DNA of 8,473 nucleotides from a virus (Duplodnaviria; Heunggongvirae; Uroviricota; Caudoviricetes): IMG/VR virus record IMGVR_UViG_2663762857_000030, positions 1 to 8,473 of that record; one strand, 5' to 3'. Shown piece by piece: positions 6,719 to 8,473 of this stretch (position 1 is its first letter; each line of letters starts with the position of its first letter). The notes under the pieces were generated by a model. It saw only the letters and a program-made list of their open reading frames with translations, ran no database searches and was not told where the DNA came from. The position numbers and the translations under genes were made by a program.

Positions 6719-6741
6719 GCCGGAGAAATCCGGCTTTTTTT
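6719..6741 (+). terminator. Rho-independent terminator
   Basis: Hairpin GCCGGAGAAATCCGGC (6719-6734) plus TTTTTTT (6735-6741). Nearly identical to the 4447-4468 terminator. Confidence 0.65.
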
Positions 6742-6742
6742 A

Positions 6743-6830
6743 CGGGTCCTTTCCGGCATATGGACCCGTTACGGGGCGGCGACCTTGCGGGTTTTCGCTA
6801 TTTATGACGTTTTTCCGTGAAGGTGACACC
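6743..6830 (+). other. Lambda-type cohesive-end site (cos A): cosQ-like, cosN, proximal cosB
   Basis: cosN 12-mer GGGCGGCGACCT at 6774-6785. Upstream ACGGGTCCTTTCCGG...CCCGTTACG resembles the lambda right end (cosQ region). Downstream TGCGGGTTTTCGCTATTTATGACGTTTTTCCG closely resembles the first ~45 bp of the lambda left end. Confidence 0.8.
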
Positions 6831-6874
6831 ACCACCACTTGATTAATATTTAACCATGAAGTTAAGGTAACATT

Positions 6875-7309
6875 ATGATTGATAAAGCTTGTTTTGTAAG
6901 TCAGCAGGAAATAGCTGAACATTTCAAGGTTAACAGAACCACTATTCGCGCATGGACCAAACAGGGGATGCCGTATCTTAATGCGGATCGCGGAAAGTCT
7001 GGCGGTTATCACATCGGGCATACATTGCTTTGGTCTTCAGGTAAAAGCCGTCTTGAGACCATCAGATATCACGTAGAAACCAGTGCGCTGGAAAAAATTA
7101 TGTTTGCCAGGCTGCTTTCATCTGAGCGTGACGAGTACTCCAGTGAAGAAACAGAACATCGATTTGATGAAGGTTTGCAGATTTACGGCTATTCACCGGA
7201 AGATGTGAGCAAGGCACGAAATAAAATGGCTGGCTTTCTGGCTGGGTGGCGTCATGCCGTAAGCGTTCGCCGTGCCAGCATGGAGCAATCAGCCGATACA
7301 GAACAGTAA
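6875..7309 (+). CDS. Small-terminase-like protein (144 aa): lambda Nu1-type N-terminal DNA-binding domain, unrelated C-terminus
   Basis: N-terminal ~50 aa align by eye with lambda Nu1 (VSQQEIAEHF--NRTTIRAWTKQGMPYL-ADRGKSG versus VNKKQLADIFGASIRTIQNWQEQGMPVLRGGGKGN). The C-terminal half is not recognisably Nu1-like. The gene sits ~90 bp downstream of cos A, as Nu1 sits downstream of lambda cos. Confidence 0.7.
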   Translation: MIDKACFVSQQEIAEHFKVNRTTIRAWTKQGMPYLNADRGKSGGYHIGHTLLWSSGKSRLETIRYHVETSALEKIMFARLLSSERDEYSSEETEHRFDEGLQIYGYSPEDVSKARNKMAGFLAGWRHAVSVRRASMEQSADTEQ

Positions 7310-7377
7310 AGCCGATAACTTGTTAATCACTCGCAGCAATGCATGTGATTTGTGCACACTTTCGGTTAACTGGTTCG

Positions 7378-7474
7378 ATGTCCGGTTTTAGTGTCTGTTT
7401 TTTGCGCATGTCCGGTTCATGGAAAGCATGTTTTTATATTTTTCATATGGTTAACTTGCAGAGAAACCGGACAT
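7378..7474. repeat. Three copies of the 10-mer ATGTCCGGTT (two direct, one inverted): candidate cosB R-type terminase-binding elements for cos B
   Basis: ATGTCCGGTT at 7378-7387 and 7408-7417; its reverse complement AACCGGACAT at 7465-7474. Spacings are 30 bp and 57 bp. The orientation pattern and distance from cosN resemble lambda cosB R sites. Confidence 0.5.
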
Positions 7475-7555
7475 GGATCCCGAAAAATTTTCATAAATAG
7501 TGAAAACGCGCGAGGTCGCCGCCCCGTAACGGGCCATAATTCCAGGAAGGACCCG
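7470..7555 (-). other. Second lambda-type cos site (cos B), inverted relative to cos A
   Basis: AGGTCGCCGCCC at 7513-7524 is the reverse complement of the cosN 12-mer. Read on the minus strand the order is cosQ-like (7555-7525), cosN, then CGCGCGTTTTCACTATTTATGAAAATTTTTCGG, which matches the lambda left end even more closely than cos A. Confidence 0.75.
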
Positions 7556-7588
7556 ACGACACCAGACTATCAGAACGATGGGGGCACA

Positions 7589-7870
7589 ATGACAGAAGCC
7601 GAAATACTGCGATTAATCCGCCGCGTTGCCGGAATCAGCCAGCAGCATGACGAACAGGCCACGCAGCCGGACAGCGTGACCGCCGAAAATTACGCGCGTG
7701 TGGTTGCTGAGGTGATGCGCCGTGATGGTATCCAGCTTAATGATGTGGATATGCGCAACATACGGATCCGCGTTCTTGAAATGCTGGCCTACAATCGCCG
7801 CGTGGCACTGTATCGGGAAACGGAGAAAATTACGTACCACAGGAAGAAGCCGGAGCGGTTACGGCGTTAA
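7589..7870 (+). CDS. Hypothetical protein (93 aa)
   Basis: ATG 7589 after a GGGG run (7581-7584); stop TAA 7868-7870. The longer track ORF from 7391 reads through the cos B repeats and is probably not translated. No family recognised. Confidence 0.5.
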   Translation: MTEAEILRLIRRVAGISQQHDEQATQPDSVTAENYARVVAEVMRRDGIQLNDVDMRNIRIRVLEMLAYNRRVALYRETEKITYHRKKPERLRR

Positions 7871-7886
7871 CGAGTAGCGACATACC

Positions 7887-7921
7887 GTGACGGAGAGTGA
7901 CAACCAGTGACACGCCGTGAC
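7887..7921. repeat. Four GTGAC motifs at exact 10-bp periodicity (helically phased protein-binding array?)
   Basis: GTGAC at 7887, 7897, 7907 and 7917; the four 10-mers read ccGTGACgga / gaGTGACaac / caGTGACacg / ccGTGACaaa. Non-coding, just after the stop of the 93-aa gene. Confidence 0.5.
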
Positions 7922-8240
7922 AAAAGACGGTTTAACCGTTAATTAAAAATTGACGGGATTTTGTGCTTTCCGGACGACGTGACCAACGTCATTTTTTAGC
8001 GAAAAGTTCTGATTAAGGTCATTGTCTGAATGGTCATAATGACCACTCCTACAAAACAGGTAAAGCCCACCAGCCTGATTAACAGTTAACCGGAAAAAAA
8101 ATCCGGTAGCCCCGTTATGGGGATCCCCATATCAACATTAACGCCCCTCATGAATTAGCGCGCTTCCCCCTGGAAAGATGACCCGCCTGTATATTTCTTG
8201 TGTCTATTTGTTCCACGTTGTTTCATACAGTGCACCGAAC

Positions 8241-8262
8241 GGTGTAGTCACTGGTGTAGTCA
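8241..8262. repeat. Direct repeat GGTGTAGTCA x2 (12-bp period) near the element/host junction; candidate recombinase arm-type sites
   Basis: GGTGTAGTCA at 8241-8250 and 8253-8262, about 70 bp from the point where the host membrane-protein ORF terminates. Confidence 0.35.
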
Positions 8263-8326
8263 TTTTGCGATTTATGGCACTTTTTGTAGTGCAAATTATT
8301 TAATTAAATCAATGTGTTAAGTGAAA

Positions 8327-8473
8327 TTAGTTATATATAACAGCAATAAATAATGCGAGAATAAACGGCACGATGATCTCGGCGGCAAAACGGATACCGC
8401 AGAGAATAATGACCAGCATTCCCAACATAATGACGATTTTTAGGCCATTGAGCGTGATGATCGGCTTTGCCAT
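8327..8473 (-). CDS. 5' part of a host inner-membrane protein gene (48 codons then stop); probably interrupted by the element
   Basis: Minus-strand ATG at 8473-8471 (window edge). Translation is [48 protein letters not shown], then TAA (complement of 8327-8329). It is a hydrophobic transmembrane segment that I believe matches the N-terminus of the E. coli TqsA/YdgG transporter; unverified. Too short to appear in the ORF track. Confidence 0.45.
   Translation of the reverse strand: MAKPIITLNGLKIVIMLGMLVIILCGIRFAAEIIVPFILALFIAVIYN

Noticed and set aside
6740-7021. 93-aa minus-strand ORF, and the 7391-7588 part of the 159-aa plus ORF, which share a peptide (INSEN..GRRPVTG)
   Set aside because: The shared peptide is the translation of the two inverted cos copies, not evidence of a gene family. 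The minus ORF overlaps the Nu1-like gene, and the plus extension runs through the cosB repeats and cosN. The downstream gene is taken to start at 7589.
6743-7555. REP/ERIC-type intergenic repeats, or a small IS with terminal inverted repeats
   Set aside because: The inverted copies contain the lambda cosN 12-mer and flanks matching lambda cos. The gene between them is Nu1-like, not a transposase.
8030-8089. 19-codon ORF starting in the palindrome GGTCATAATGACC (8032-8044)
   Set aside because: Poor RBS spacing and no support beyond an open frame; more likely a regulatory palindrome in non-coding DNA.
7871-8330. tRNA or tmRNA 3' end as integration target
   Set aside because: I found no T-loop (GGTTCGAATCC-like) or acceptor-stem pattern on either strand. 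The junction appears to lie in a protein-coding gene instead.

Overview
This window reads as most of a phage satellite (PICI / P4-like phage-inducible island) sitting in an enterobacterial chromosome, with its right-hand junction to host DNA near 8330. No integrase is in the window; it would lie beyond the left edge. Everything is read by eye from the sequence and the ORF track, and homology calls rest on my recollection of phage lambda sequences, so each needs a BLAST/HMM check.

Modules, left to right:
- Regulation (1-700): a leftward small regulator gene (1-306) and a divergent control region carrying two copies of a 31-bp dyad operator, then an Icd-like small ORF.
- Replication (684-4164): three small unknown genes in a visibly AT-rich patch, a 584-aa primase-helicase with a GDGGSGKST Walker A motif, an iteron-rich origin (about 11 TCTACC/GGTAGA copies), an unknown ORF and a short SSB ending in DDIPF.
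- PerC-like regulator (4175-4423), followed by a terminator.
- Late-like operon (4594-6741): a TTGCAC-N16-TATAAT promoter overlapped by two perfect palindromes, then an unknown 68-aa gene, homologs of the lambda major capsid protein gpE and decoration protein gpD (in E-then-D order), and an unknown 137-aa gene.
- Packaging (6743-7555): two lambda-type cos sites with the identical cosN 12-mer GGGCGGCGACCT in inverted orientation, flanking a Nu1-like small-terminase gene, plus three ATGTCCGGTT repeats.
- Right end (7589-8473): an unknown 93-aa gene, a structured non-coding region, and the start of a leftward host membrane-protein gene that stops after 48 codons.

The most interesting candidate is the satellite-encoded capsid-shell plus packaging module. 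The window shows no portal, protease, scaffold or large terminase, which fits a satellite that relies on a lambdoid helper. I cannot judge from sequence alone whether this matches an already described cos-type E. coli PICI family.
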